IMG/VR virus record: IMGVR_UViG_3300021424_000003
Coordinates: 55,345-119,344 of that record
Source of the DNA: a virus
Length of the DNA stretch: 64,000 nt
Reading direction: 5' to 3' (one strand)
In this document: one piece after another, positions 19,701 through 27,573 of the stretch
How the letters are laid out: the number at the start of each line of letters is the position of its first letter
How positions within the stretch are numbered: position 1 is the stretch's first letter
Program-made: the position numbers and the translations under genes
The notes under the pieces: model-generated
Seen by the model: only the letters and a program-made list of their open reading frames with translations
Told to the model about the DNA's origin: nothing
The model's database searches: none

Positions 19701-20290
19701 AGGTGGACGGCACCCCTGGCGAGCACCACAGAGGAACTATTCACTTTGCGGTAAATCATTATGTAGGTGGACACGAAGAAAGAACGGGTGGAGCTTCTAC
19801 GGTAATCATCGTTCCAATGACGGAAATGATTGATTCAAATCCAGACTCTCTTGAAAACCTATATCCAATAGATTCGTGGATGGTCCCACCGCCTGGTTCC
19901 GGTCTTAAGGTTCCAAAAGGAAAATTTAAAATAGTTAAAACAAATGGAGACAATGGCGACCAGAAAATAGTTGACGATGCTCTCGTTGAGATGGGGATGA
20001 AGCACCCCATAGAGCCGGGAAGGCTAGAAACAAATACTCGTGGAGCCGCTAAAGCGCTTAATGACATCGCAGCTGAGCTTGGGGCAACCTCCGGGATACA
20101 CAATGGTGCGAGTGTCTCTTCAATGTACGAGGGGGTTACGTTCGATAATGGCTACCCTCTTTATATTTCCCTAGAGGAAATTTCCCGGATAAGCCCGAAC
20201 GGCTCCATAAGAATTGCTGATGGTGATAGATGGACGTCAGCAAAGCCGGCAGATATAACAGAGAACACAAGAGGGGGGATTGATTTCTGA
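13706..20290 (+). CDS. Large multidomain virion/cargo protein: zincin HEXXH domain, degenerate ART-like domain, three [FM]SSG motifs
   Basis: ATG 13706 follows the upstream stop; KHEIAH (15359) with downstream EIGAE; RCPPGTPAANQFTD; RMSSG and RFSSG x2. Confidence 0.75.
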   Translation: MAGTFTHKTRTLVSPRFVSPLAGRKNFIESAQSFRLSIGASSKTLTLDPDYAVKAAMAGGMALPGQTDDKKRENKGGPPGMKHEVDGYRLMPNETAGPGKVLRLFPSFESRNSAKMEPNFGFLPKSKPVSVEEMKRKLAESPLIRMEKYQINPRNGEKIEGSEKLMDPLYFNRELDRDRNPDLDGIEGKSLGDSIGKIARGNSLIGRVAQGIGVVFDELGKMRCPPGTPAANQFTDANGSNCFGVSLPKLVGKLVELAREAAPEGEERRSAKSLQKRIANFIFDFDNSRFGRVSWYDENGKRMGFGEYRKYRDKGGVAEGERWFVNAMVRAEEEFRRQGERVRELQERLGIDSSDAKRATNADLVETIDKLRENGVINTRLKNRDTPDIVEARIRARLEADPTYKSLSREDKEILVKGDIARYYETERASLEAFIDEVIKNPEHIKDVIDSISYVNGRDEDDGAFSIGGIVGGEKLLGNIDLDITHMMGRQESEMPNLKTNERLRIYAEGGKTEAERVAHLHDFLVNSNAFATNMACMVEGPSGIGRHTMKHEIAHSIQAKALHEYVKNMLATGGSIKIGRREITDPSKLTAGDILKIMRGETSVPLDAIKGLQTRGEAVSFLAGRYIWEANPEGTSSRSMEIGAELWALRSLGLIFGDDVDAALEYMDDFAYGKTFSDRAASDADAIRAVADSYYDAGSRIARDRAERVKERYIEAKNDEIKRLKERAKTMSEDDIIDMLLTLNEDLNVMDEALEGSDETADSLWREVADRDAAIRMIHELTKAWAKRFTVLPSREAMERLEELLADKMADRGTLPPDKVKERAEAVFMETIRTDASSMSMDDLVNAFVDAELSRKAEGLSTEERDVLKKMAGIYRDEYIKRRTSGVDSVDREDAVKELKGKLKEKSKPETIGGDESGGFSGTGPKKKKPAKKFDSHNGKNGARTHAISEREKLLEQATAAERDALVEMGDAENDTGKLLDPETVMGAIAAIARRRRRAQKLGIKDDPKNRYIADLEQQLENILIPFLELMDKSSLSETIEIEATEGIPDEIIQEILRGELTELEHSLLTGRVPTSSNPVGPGKVVIRVPEGSKGIYPDWSFDKEKDDGIQRIVLPSGDVRVAEIREDGTIVLEVVSQKDTEAALDDLVKSVAPGDGSPDTKDWAQRKGAEKKIKRVVDKHINKRREEGRYSEPRVAEPEKTRIEDDNDSVLDIFDFPDEPSDSDPSPDKPKPKPSNPSGGGGSAGEEKPFSWEDFGKPKPKPETPKPKNRPSYGRERRNSTAAINRVVEAGKRDRFPGPGSVARDELQRIQEQLDGTRYTNYSSSARKVTSLMREKFGTDQLSDLTDEQLSELIDDVKKIADGITGDKRSRSGEISLNQKQSMSRLASSLHDFLDIRSMIKNNNYSDPYEGPSRGYLIDWDNIPEIKPYMGGGDRMSSGKKWGSAPSGEVLNRAKKSSRTDELDEIFGMPQSRTERIGMMHEQRNSVLASLRDMLDRVPGAEEELGLNSGGIDPVVLDLIKNSSDEEISEILNTAAKRFHSQIDSRPRVRMRTEELDAFVDNGRYGRESRFSSGGKSRPDIAGVVLKGGLKKRAKDAAISKVIERFDLSEEERDVAEIILDTTLNLRYGPQAALTGLAIELARRGGREVAERTLDKLVENGKITRAQADSVLSKIGRIAPDGLPDRAVDAAVDSLKRATEKAKELAESDSVRAAGEKAKEVAGAAGDKARDAASAARDKTRSVVGRLSRRAKGDRSVADIEALDSPETAFTVGDVIDDPFGLPPSDSSRFSSGATRRKVKNGSVNKETETLTTPVLSDTTDDVYGIRTQKRFSYPVHTIDGQKVSFGGPKEGIADDVERLPINPYAISGLDRTTKEGRDMARKWITARAYHREYGDKNTEPTYVDALLYAASRGDSDAAKELDELSEAGEKIIARMKGEQKEFQLSRFSDQASSARAFGAKKEDLFFVHAVPAKFEPEEDEAGNVIIRPLGDHELKKVDGTPGEHHRGTIHFAVNHYVGGHEERTGGASTVIIVPMTEMIDSNPDSLENLYPIDSWMVPPPGSGLKVPKGKFKIVKTNGDNGDQKIVDDALVEMGMKHPIEPGRLETNTRGAAKALNDIAAELGATSGIHNGASVSSMYEGVTFDNGYPLYISLEEISRISPNGSIRIADGDRWTSAKPADITENTRGGIDF

Positions 20291-20490
20291 TGGATAACAA
20301 AATACCATCAACCCCAGAAGACGTTCCATTTGGCGACTGGAATCCATTCACAGTGTCTTCAGAGCCGTCGGGGGCTTCTTCACGGAGACTTGACAGAAGA
20401 ACAGCATTCAAGAATCCCAAAAAAGAAATTCGCAAAAGGAAAGGAATGGTGGCCAAAAGGACATCGTTCACTGGTAACAAAGATGACTGA
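20290..20490 (+). CDS. Small hypothetical protein (66 aa), translationally coupled
   Basis: TGATG overlap with the upstream gene; purine-rich RBS. Confidence 0.55.
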   Translation: MDNKIPSTPEDVPFGDWNPFTVSSEPSGASSRRLDRRTAFKNPKKEIRKRKGMVAKRTSFTGNKDD

Positions 20491-21478
20491 GTACATAAGG
20501 AAGAGATACGAGTCAAGACTCGGCATACCGGATGGGGCCCCAGACGAACTAAGACCAGTTATCGGCTATGTGCGCAATAAGTCAAACGACAAAAAAGTTG
20601 AGTCGAACGCAAAAAGAGACACCAATCCGTGGAGTACTGCCCCAATAGAAGAGGGGGATATTTCACCAAATGGTGAAGTCACGCTTCAGGGCGAAATAGA
20701 AGTAATACTGAAGCCAGAAATTTCTGGAAGAACAGCCTACATGCGCGGCGACAGCATGGAAACTGGCGGAAGACCAGTGGCGATGCGTTCGGAAGATTCT
20801 GAAGAAATACTCGACGCCCTAATACATGACGATGGCGCAGACTCTAAGAAGAATATGGCTAGAACAATTATCGGACTGCTAAAGGCGTCTATCGACGATG
20901 ACTTCTCTGGTCTAAATGCCCTCCCCGACAAAGAGGGAAGAATGCCACCGGTAGGCAAAGATGACCCATCTAAAGACAGAGCGCATGAAACCTACGAAGC
21001 ACAAATACTTGGCGGCTTCCTTAAAGAAGACGTTCAGGGAATACACTTCCCCTATACGAAAGTTTCTCAAATAGCGGAATCATTGGACATATCAGATTTC
21101 GCTAATGACAAGTTGTTCATGGACAGGGCAAAGCGTCTAGCCCCATCAATAGAGCCATCACTCATAGTTTCGGCCATAACCGAAAAGGGTCCAATAAACA
21201 CCCCTTCTATGCAGAAGTTGCGTGAATATAGAACAGCCAGAAACGTACGGAAAAAGTATGAAAAGTCTGGAATTGGCTATATCAAGTTTTCGCACCCGGA
21301 GGGTAGAAATATAGAGGACCCTAGAAACTACGACAAAATGGCTAGACCGTCAGACGACGTAGAGACAATCATCAAGTCCTTGATAGTCAAGGAGATTGAC
21401 GACATGATTAAAAGCTCCATATCCAAGGGGTTTGGCTTTGAAGGCAAAGTAAAAAAACCAGAAGGGGCTAAGAAATGA
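20483..21478 (+). CDS. DUF3626-like (ART-fold) protein, C-terminal part of the domain
   Basis: R..YE..LG..RPVIGY, GEIEVILK..RTAY..GDS, YEAQILGG..DV..I; ATG overlaps the previous stop region. Confidence 0.6.
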   Translation: MTEYIRKRYESRLGIPDGAPDELRPVIGYVRNKSNDKKVESNAKRDTNPWSTAPIEEGDISPNGEVTLQGEIEVILKPEISGRTAYMRGDSMETGGRPVAMRSEDSEEILDALIHDDGADSKKNMARTIIGLLKASIDDDFSGLNALPDKEGRMPPVGKDDPSKDRAHETYEAQILGGFLKEDVQGIHFPYTKVSQIAESLDISDFANDKLFMDRAKRLAPSIEPSLIVSAITEKGPINTPSMQKLREYRTARNVRKKYEKSGIGYIKFSHPEGRNIEDPRNYDKMARPSDDVETIIKSLIVKEIDDMIKSSISKGFGFEGKVKKPEGAKK

Positions 21479-21921
21479 ACAAAGTTTTAGTCGCTTATGT
21501 CGGTGATTCAAAGCTCTACTACATAGTCGGCACTAGTCCAGGAGAAAAGGATGGCTCCCTCGTCGGCAGGGACGGCAAGAGTAAGGATGTAAACGTATTT
21601 TCTTACCTATCGAAGACATCGGGGATAACCAAAATCTCTTCCTCCCCTTTTCATAAGTTCTTCTGGGATGGTGATTCTGACCCAAGGAAACGCGCGATGT
21701 GGAAAGAGGTGTTTGTCCTCAAAATAGAAGACATACCAAAAGAGATGCTTGAAGGGGTAGTCGTATCAGACGGCAAGTCGCAAAAAAGAAAAGCCGTCAT
21801 AGACAAAAAGGCCGCAGACTTTGCCAACGGGAATATCCGTGTTCTCGTTAATGACAGACTAATATCGTCTAAAATGATTAAATCAGAAGTTTTACGCTCG
21901 GAAAATATGAGGCGGGACTAA
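21475..21921 (+). CDS. Hypothetical protein
   Basis: ATGA overlap, operon context. Confidence 0.7.
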   Translation: MNKVLVAYVGDSKLYYIVGTSPGEKDGSLVGRDGKSKDVNVFSYLSKTSGITKISSSPFHKFFWDGDSDPRKRAMWKEVFVLKIEDIPKEMLEGVVVSDGKSQKRKAVIDKKAADFANGNIRVLVNDRLISSKMIKSEVLRSENMRRD

Positions 21922-22560
21922 ATGTCAATAGAATTTGAGAAAAAGGCACCCGGCGAAGGGGTGCTCCCAGATTTCATCCCGCAGGAGCTCATAACCGGCG
22001 ACATTCTGAGGGGCTACGGTCCTCGCCGTGGGAATCTAGAGAGACTTCTCCGCTATTGGAGACCAATCATGAGAAAACCTGGCGGGTTCCGCAGGTGCAG
22101 GGTCATTCTCGCGAACCATCCTGAACTATATCCACTAGAAAGAATTTGCGCCTGGCTCCACCACGAAACAACTGGACTTTGGCCAAATGAGGGCTGTCAC
22201 CACCCGGGGATGAAGAATTGTAAAGGCAAACTAAGGAAGAGGAACTGGGGTAATGCCCAGTTTAATGCCCGTCTAAGGAAGCTCAGGGGCGGCAAAAAGA
22301 AGGACGCATTCGGGGAGGAGATGTTCTTTTCCGACTTCTACGAATACAAGAGCGACGAAATGCAAAATTACGTTGTAACAGAGGCGGATTTTAAGCATGC
22401 CATTTCTGTTCTTCTTGACTTTGTGGAACTTGAACCGGTATTTGTGAAAGAACTACGCGATGTTTCTAACTGGGAAATTGAGGCAGAATTAGACAACGGC
22501 GAATTTAAAATTCTGCCATTCGATTACGAAATGATTGAAGACTGCTGCGATGAAAAATGA
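21922..22560 (+). CDS. Head-module hypothetical protein (RYW..FRRC..CAWLH..TGLWP Cys/His domain)
   Basis: Motif resembles domains in actinophage head/maturation proteins; operon context. Confidence 0.6.
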   Translation: MSIEFEKKAPGEGVLPDFIPQELITGDILRGYGPRRGNLERLLRYWRPIMRKPGGFRRCRVILANHPELYPLERICAWLHHETTGLWPNEGCHHPGMKNCKGKLRKRNWGNAQFNARLRKLRGGKKKDAFGEEMFFSDFYEYKSDEMQNYVVTEADFKHAISVLLDFVELEPVFVKELRDVSNWEIEAELDNGEFKILPFDYEMIEDCCDEK

Positions 22561-24583
22561 GGACTTCTCGGAATGTTGCGGAGAAAAGCCTGCAACTATA
22601 ACAAGATTTATAGTCGCTGACCTTTCGAAAAAGGCACTTAACGTTTTTAAGGACGTTGCCTCGTCGAATAAGTCAGTAGTCGAATATAAGGCTTCCGTTA
22701 ACCGGTCTAGCTCAATGCGTTCGTACTCCAGAAAAACTATTACCGCAGAGTCTGGGATAGAGACGAAAATTACAGCGCGGCAGGTTGGCCGCTCTATTGT
22801 CTCCACAATAATTCCGGGCGACGTTAGCCCAATTCGTTCACCAATCCGCTCCGCAGTGTGGAGAACAATCACCCCAGGACTACCTGGTGGTGGTGGAGGG
22901 GGAACTGTTCCTGGCCGCAATAGGGGGTACAGATGTCCCGAGGGATATCAGTACGGTGGAAGGTTTACCGACTCAAGACTTTCAACATGCGGCGCAAAGC
23001 TATTTGACATACCTTCACCATTGGGGTTGGCGTTATCTGCGGTCAGGAGAGCAATTCGTGGCCCTGCAGCAATGCCGGGAGTCACTGGTGAAATATTGGG
23101 GGGCGCTCCATCTCCAGGGAACATAATAGTTTCACGCGACCCTAATACGGTTATTCCTAAAGTTTCTGCCTATAACCAAAAAGCGGCGCTCGCCCGTATA
23201 AAAGAGATGGTAGAAGGTCTATCTAACCATAGGTCTCGAGCCGCAAGAATGGTTAGAAGAGATGGTTTTGTTCTTGAGCCAGTAGTGCCAGCAAGAGTTC
23301 TTCGCTCCGTCCCGGACAACAGGGATATGGAGGGGGCTACCTATCTCCTATCTGCCTTTTCCGCCAAGGATTTTGGCAACGACGAAATGGGGCTCCTATC
23401 CAACACTGGGATTAGTTCAGTGATGTATGTAATGCCCGGGGGTTCTGTAATTTCCCTATCTAAAGCCCGTGAATTGACTGTTGGGGAAAGAAGAAAACTG
23501 GGCAAAACAATCAAGGTTGCCGAACGCATGATTAATAGCAAAGACCCAGCAGCACGCCTCAAGTATGTTGCTGATGAAATGGGCGACGGTATTTCCTATT
23601 CTGAAAAGTTCGTCGGAATAAAAAATCCAAACGAAATAATAAACGGCAAGCCAAATTGGACAAAATACGCATTTGATATGTCCAGGATGAAGTCTCCCAA
23701 AAAGGCTCCCAACTTTGAGTCAACGAAAGATACAGATAGTGCGAGGGCTGCCGGTTCAAAAATAAAATCTGTTGATGAAGCGCTTGAGCATGTAGCAAAT
23801 GGCGGCTCCCTATCGGATATTGATTCTTCAATACTGGGAACTGTTCTCGCTAAATCAGACACCATAGCTAAACAGCGAATAGATGCGAAGCAAACAGTTG
23901 TAGTGGTAGGCAATAGAAAGTACGTTTTCTATACAAGACCTGACTATAAATTCCAGCACCTTGCTGAGCGTTTTGCTTCAGACGTACAGCAGCATCTTGG
24001 ACTCGAGTCTCCAGATGTTCTTTTTGTTGGTAAGGCTGGTGACAGGAGGCAGTACCTAAGAGAAGATATAGAAACATCTATACCTGGGGCAACATTCAAC
24101 CCAAATGCAAAAATGTCAGATTTTAAACCGCAAGACGTAGCAAGAATGATGATTTCTGACATTCTTACAGACCAGCGCGGCAGGCCGATGACTTCAGTTT
24201 ATGGAGTAACAACAATGGACGGCGAAGTACCGGTCCTTGCGCAGAACTTCACTTCCGGTCTCGTTGACTTAAGCAAAATAGAAATTACAAAACGCATGAA
24301 GCTAGGAATAGCTGGTCTTTATGGCGTAGAGGGCACAGTTGACTACTCTAAATACTATAAAGAACTAAAAATAGAGCAACAAATAGTCTTCAGAAAATTC
24401 CTTGATTCGCTCATCAGGAGAGCAAGAGAGTTTGAAGTAAGAGAACTAAGGAGAAAACTAAATATCGGGGGCCTATCGGACGGGGAGAAACAGCATCTTG
24501 AGATAATCGGAAAAATATACGCTATAAGACTCGATTTATTGACCTCGAGCAAGCGCTCAATTATTGATTATTTGCGAGGATAA
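22550..24583 (+). CDS. Multidomain head-module protein with RCPxG..GRFTD motif, degenerate JAB-like and HipA/PI3K-kinase-like regions
   Basis: RCPEGYQYGGRFTD; AERFASDVQQHLGLESP..DILTDQRGR (kinase fold lacking DRHxxN). Confidence 0.6.
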   Translation: MKNEDFSECCGEKPATITRFIVADLSKKALNVFKDVASSNKSVVEYKASVNRSSSMRSYSRKTITAESGIETKITARQVGRSIVSTIIPGDVSPIRSPIRSAVWRTITPGLPGGGGGGTVPGRNRGYRCPEGYQYGGRFTDSRLSTCGAKLFDIPSPLGLALSAVRRAIRGPAAMPGVTGEILGGAPSPGNIIVSRDPNTVIPKVSAYNQKAALARIKEMVEGLSNHRSRAARMVRRDGFVLEPVVPARVLRSVPDNRDMEGATYLLSAFSAKDFGNDEMGLLSNTGISSVMYVMPGGSVISLSKARELTVGERRKLGKTIKVAERMINSKDPAARLKYVADEMGDGISYSEKFVGIKNPNEIINGKPNWTKYAFDMSRMKSPKKAPNFESTKDTDSARAAGSKIKSVDEALEHVANGGSLSDIDSSILGTVLAKSDTIAKQRIDAKQTVVVVGNRKYVFYTRPDYKFQHLAERFASDVQQHLGLESPDVLFVGKAGDRRQYLREDIETSIPGATFNPNAKMSDFKPQDVARMMISDILTDQRGRPMTSVYGVTTMDGEVPVLAQNFTSGLVDLSKIEITKRMKLGIAGLYGVEGTVDYSKYYKELKIEQQIVFRKFLDSLIRRAREFEVRELRRKLNIGGLSDGEKQHLEIIGKIYAIRLDLLTSSKRSIIDYLRG

Positions 24584-24586
24584 ATT

Positions 24587-25318
24587 ATGAAACTTTTCTC
24601 ACTTATTTATGACCCGATAACATCGTCGCCATTCGCAGTAATGATTAAGTCGTCACCAAACGATGAATCAATACTTGCGATAACAGATAGAGCTAAAGAG
24701 ACATATTTTTCCTATGGTTACTCTTTTGTTCCAGAGGGAATGGTAAAGACTCCATATGGACCGCTAACGGCGAAAGCTCAAGAAAAAGTCTCATCCATGA
24801 TTGCCGGCGATGATTTTTTTCCCCTTTCGGAAATTAGAGAAATGCTAAGTCCCACATATGTGTATGTTGGTAGAAAAATGACGAACATTACAGCGAACGA
24901 GAAATCGGTGAACTTCAAAAGGAATAGTCATGGATTCTCGCAGGGCAGCCTCGATTATAGAACTACGCTATTTATCACTCATAGCAAGCAAATTTCAGCA
25001 TTGTCACACATGAAAGCGTCGCATGTGTTCTTCGACCCCATAACAAATAGGCCTTCTGTTTTACCAAACGATGCTGGCTATGGATATGAAGGAGAGAGAA
25101 TAGAGACATCGGTTGGTCGGTCTTCTGCAAGAAGAATGGGGCTCGCATCAAAGAATTACCTGCCAGTCCCATACTCAACAAATAGCCGCATAAATCGAAG
25201 GGTAAAAAGTCTCATAGGTGTCGATTACGTCGTCGGACAGGGAAAATCGATACAGGCGAGAATCTTTGAATCAAAAATCGAATACTCCAGACGTAGGGGC
25301 AGAAATGGCCAGGGATAA
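24587..25318 (+). CDS. Hypothetical protein
   Basis: 243-aa ORF in operon. Confidence 0.7.
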   Translation: MKLFSLIYDPITSSPFAVMIKSSPNDESILAITDRAKETYFSYGYSFVPEGMVKTPYGPLTAKAQEKVSSMIAGDDFFPLSEIREMLSPTYVYVGRKMTNITANEKSVNFKRNSHGFSQGSLDYRTTLFITHSKQISALSHMKASHVFFDPITNRPSVLPNDAGYGYEGERIETSVGRSSARRMGLASKNYLPVPYSTNSRINRRVKSLIGVDYVVGQGKSIQARIFESKIEYSRRRGRNGQG

Positions 25319-25955
25319 GAACAAGAAGAAAAGAGTCCTTTCTGGCGATTTAGCTAAAAAGGAAGCAATCAGAATGGCCGAAATACTCGGATGTTCTGGA
25401 ATTCATCAGGACAAAAATGGAAACTGGGTGCCGTGCTCTTCTCATGAGGAATTACAGAAAATTTCTAACGCTGCTGAGTCTGACGAGACTTTCAAGGAAA
25501 ACAAGGACTCGGGATACGGCGGAAAATCCGAAAAACCAAAAAGATTCAGAAGAGGCAAAAAAGCAAGAAGAAGAGGTGACGACTGGGAGAACCTTGAGGA
25601 AAGGGGTCCAATATCAATTGACACGCTTCCCGGCGGGGGCCTTGTTTCCGGGGGCCTTGTCAGCAAGGCGGAATCTCGCAAGGGGCCGGAATATGTTAGA
25701 GACAACGACCCAGACGTATTTGTGGACCCGGAGTCGGCTAAATTCCGCTCGAGACAGCTTGGGTGTATAGGGATAAGCAGAAGAATATCCAAAACAGGCA
25801 GAGCAGTATGGATGCCATGCAGCAACATGAGCGACTATGCCCGTGTCGCAGGCTCAACTTCGTTGGGCAGGAGGGGAAGAGTGGCGGAATTTGAGCGTTC
25901 CGTGAGAACAATAGTCTCGCGAGAACTAGATAAGCGTAAGAAAAAAAATCGCTAA
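25305..25955 (+). CDS. Hypothetical protein with two LGCxG..W.PCS repeats
   Basis: LGCSGIHQ..WVPCS and LGCIGISRR..WMPCS; AGGGG RBS before ATG 25305. Confidence 0.7.
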   Translation: MARDKNKKKRVLSGDLAKKEAIRMAEILGCSGIHQDKNGNWVPCSSHEELQKISNAAESDETFKENKDSGYGGKSEKPKRFRRGKKARRRGDDWENLEERGPISIDTLPGGGLVSGGLVSKAESRKGPEYVRDNDPDVFVDPESAKFRSRQLGCIGISRRISKTGRAVWMPCSNMSDYARVAGSTSLGRRGRVAEFERSVRTIVSRELDKRKKKNR

Positions 25956-26012
25956 AAGATTTACACACAAAAGTTGTAAATTTAAGTAGTTACACTAATA
26001 GGTGTAAATCTC

Positions 26013-26021
26013 TGTTATGTT
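26013..26021 (+). promoter_or_regulatory. Extended -10 promoter for the major capsid gene
   Basis: TGtTATGTT in the intergenic region, preceded by two TTACA-N8/9-TGTAA inverted repeats. Confidence 0.45.
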
Positions 26022-26095
26022 TATCTAACAGCGCTGGGTGCTTACCTAAGCCGAAGCAAAAATCCACCCATCTCACTTCACAAGAGGTAAACACA

Positions 26096-27427
26096 ATGTC
26101 GCAAGACAAATCAAGAATCGATGAGCTCCAAGCAGCTCTCCGTCAGAAAATGTCAGACAACAAGGCAATCGCCGACTCCTTCAGAATCGAAGACGGCGCT
26201 GTTGTTGTTTCTGCTGAGCAGAAGTCAGCGTTCGACAAGAACATGGCCGACATCAAGGAAATCAAGAGCCTAATCTCTGGACTTGAGGACATGTCGCAGG
26301 TTACTGCGTGGTCAGCAGAGCCACAAGAGACAGTTTCCGGTGCATTTGCTGCCGCGCAAAGCGAAATGCAGCAACTCACATCACGCGAAATCAAGACCAT
26401 CGGTGAGATGTTCCTTGATTCACCAGAGTTCAAGTCACTGAACAATGGTCGTAATGGCGCAAACATGTCCGCTCCGTGGCAGGCTGGCGTTTCGCTGACC
26501 GGCTATAACGTCAAGGATGTCTTCTCGGCACTGCCGACTGGCACCCCTGGTTCATTCGGCACAATCCAGCGTGACCCGATGGTTACTCCTCCAATGCGCA
26601 CAAAGCGTGTTCGCGACCTGTTCCCAGTTCGCACCACGACCGCAGCGGTTATCGAGTACTTCCGTCAGCTCGGCTTCACTACCATTTCGGGGGGCGGCAC
26701 AAACAATGCTGCCGCAGTCGCTGAAAGAACCGGCGCCGCTTTTGCACTTAAGCCGCAGTCGTCGTTCCAGTTCGTTGGTGAGCAGGCTCCAGTTCGCACC
26801 CTTGCGCACTGGGAGGCAGCACACCGCAACGTTCTGGCTGATGAACCGCAGCTGCGTTCAATCATCGACAACGAGCTGATGTACGGTCTACGTCTCCTTG
26901 AGGACTCGCAAATTCTCAACGGCAGCGGCACCGGCGAGAACCTGACTGGTGTTCTTCAGACCTCAGGCATCCAGGAGTACGACTGGTCAGACGGTGCGTC
27001 AACTCCGGTTGCAGACACGAAAGCTGACGCTCTGCGTCGCGCGGCGACACTGTCGTTCCTCGCGTACTACGAGCCAACCGGCATCGTTCTTCACCCGAAC
27101 GACTGGGAAGACATCGAGCTAGCCAAGGATGCCAACGGCCAGTACCTCATCGCGGTTTCGGTCGCGTTGGGTGGCGAGCCGAAGGTTTGGCGTATGCCAA
27201 TCGTCGACACTCCGGCCATGACCGAGGGCACGGCTCTCGTCGGCGCCTTCGGCACCGGCGCTCAGCTGTACGACCGCGAGCAGGCAAGCATCCGAATCTC
27301 AGAGCAGCACTCGGACTTCTTCGTCCGTAACGCCATCGTCATCCTCGCGGAGCAAAGACTGGCACTCGCCGTCAAGCGCCCAGAGGCTTTCGTTAAGGTG
27401 ACGTTCGACGAGGCACCTGGGGCCTGA
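26096..27427 (+). CDS. Major capsid protein, HK97 fold
   Basis: N-terminal coiled-coil delta domain; VRDLF, AAVAE..KPQS, TLAHW, ILNGSGTGENLTG, LHPNDW..KDANGQY, F.RN..ILAEQRLALAVKRPEAF; strongly C-ending codons; GAGG RBS. Confidence 0.95.
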   Translation: MSQDKSRIDELQAALRQKMSDNKAIADSFRIEDGAVVVSAEQKSAFDKNMADIKEIKSLISGLEDMSQVTAWSAEPQETVSGAFAAAQSEMQQLTSREIKTIGEMFLDSPEFKSLNNGRNGANMSAPWQAGVSLTGYNVKDVFSALPTGTPGSFGTIQRDPMVTPPMRTKRVRDLFPVRTTTAAVIEYFRQLGFTTISGGGTNNAAAVAERTGAAFALKPQSSFQFVGEQAPVRTLAHWEAAHRNVLADEPQLRSIIDNELMYGLRLLEDSQILNGSGTGENLTGVLQTSGIQEYDWSDGASTPVADTKADALRRAATLSFLAYYEPTGIVLHPNDWEDIELAKDANGQYLIAVSVALGGEPKVWRMPIVDTPAMTEGTALVGAFGTGAQLYDREQASIRISEQHSDFFVRNAIVILAEQRLALAVKRPEAFVKVTFDEAPGA

Positions 27428-27443
27428 GCCTAAATAATTAATA

Positions 27444-27492
27444 GCGAGAGCCCCACCGAAGCTGAAAAGCGGAGGTGGGGCCTTTCGCATTT
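27444..27492 (+). terminator. Putative intrinsic terminator after the capsid gene
   Basis: GCCCCACC...GGTGGGGC stem followed by T-rich sequence. Confidence 0.6.
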
Positions 27493-27573
27493 ATGGGACA
27501 TTTATACTGATGTTTATGGGATAATGTTTTACCCGTGCACACCACTTAACGGTCATAGGCAGGAAGCGCTTCG

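Noticed and set aside
20288-20290. Genome-wide stop-codon recoding (TGA readthrough)
   Set aside because: Recognisable genes (capsid, ThyX, SSB) end normally at TGA, and a coupled ORF with an RBS starts at this TGATG. Local readthrough is not excluded but is unsupported.
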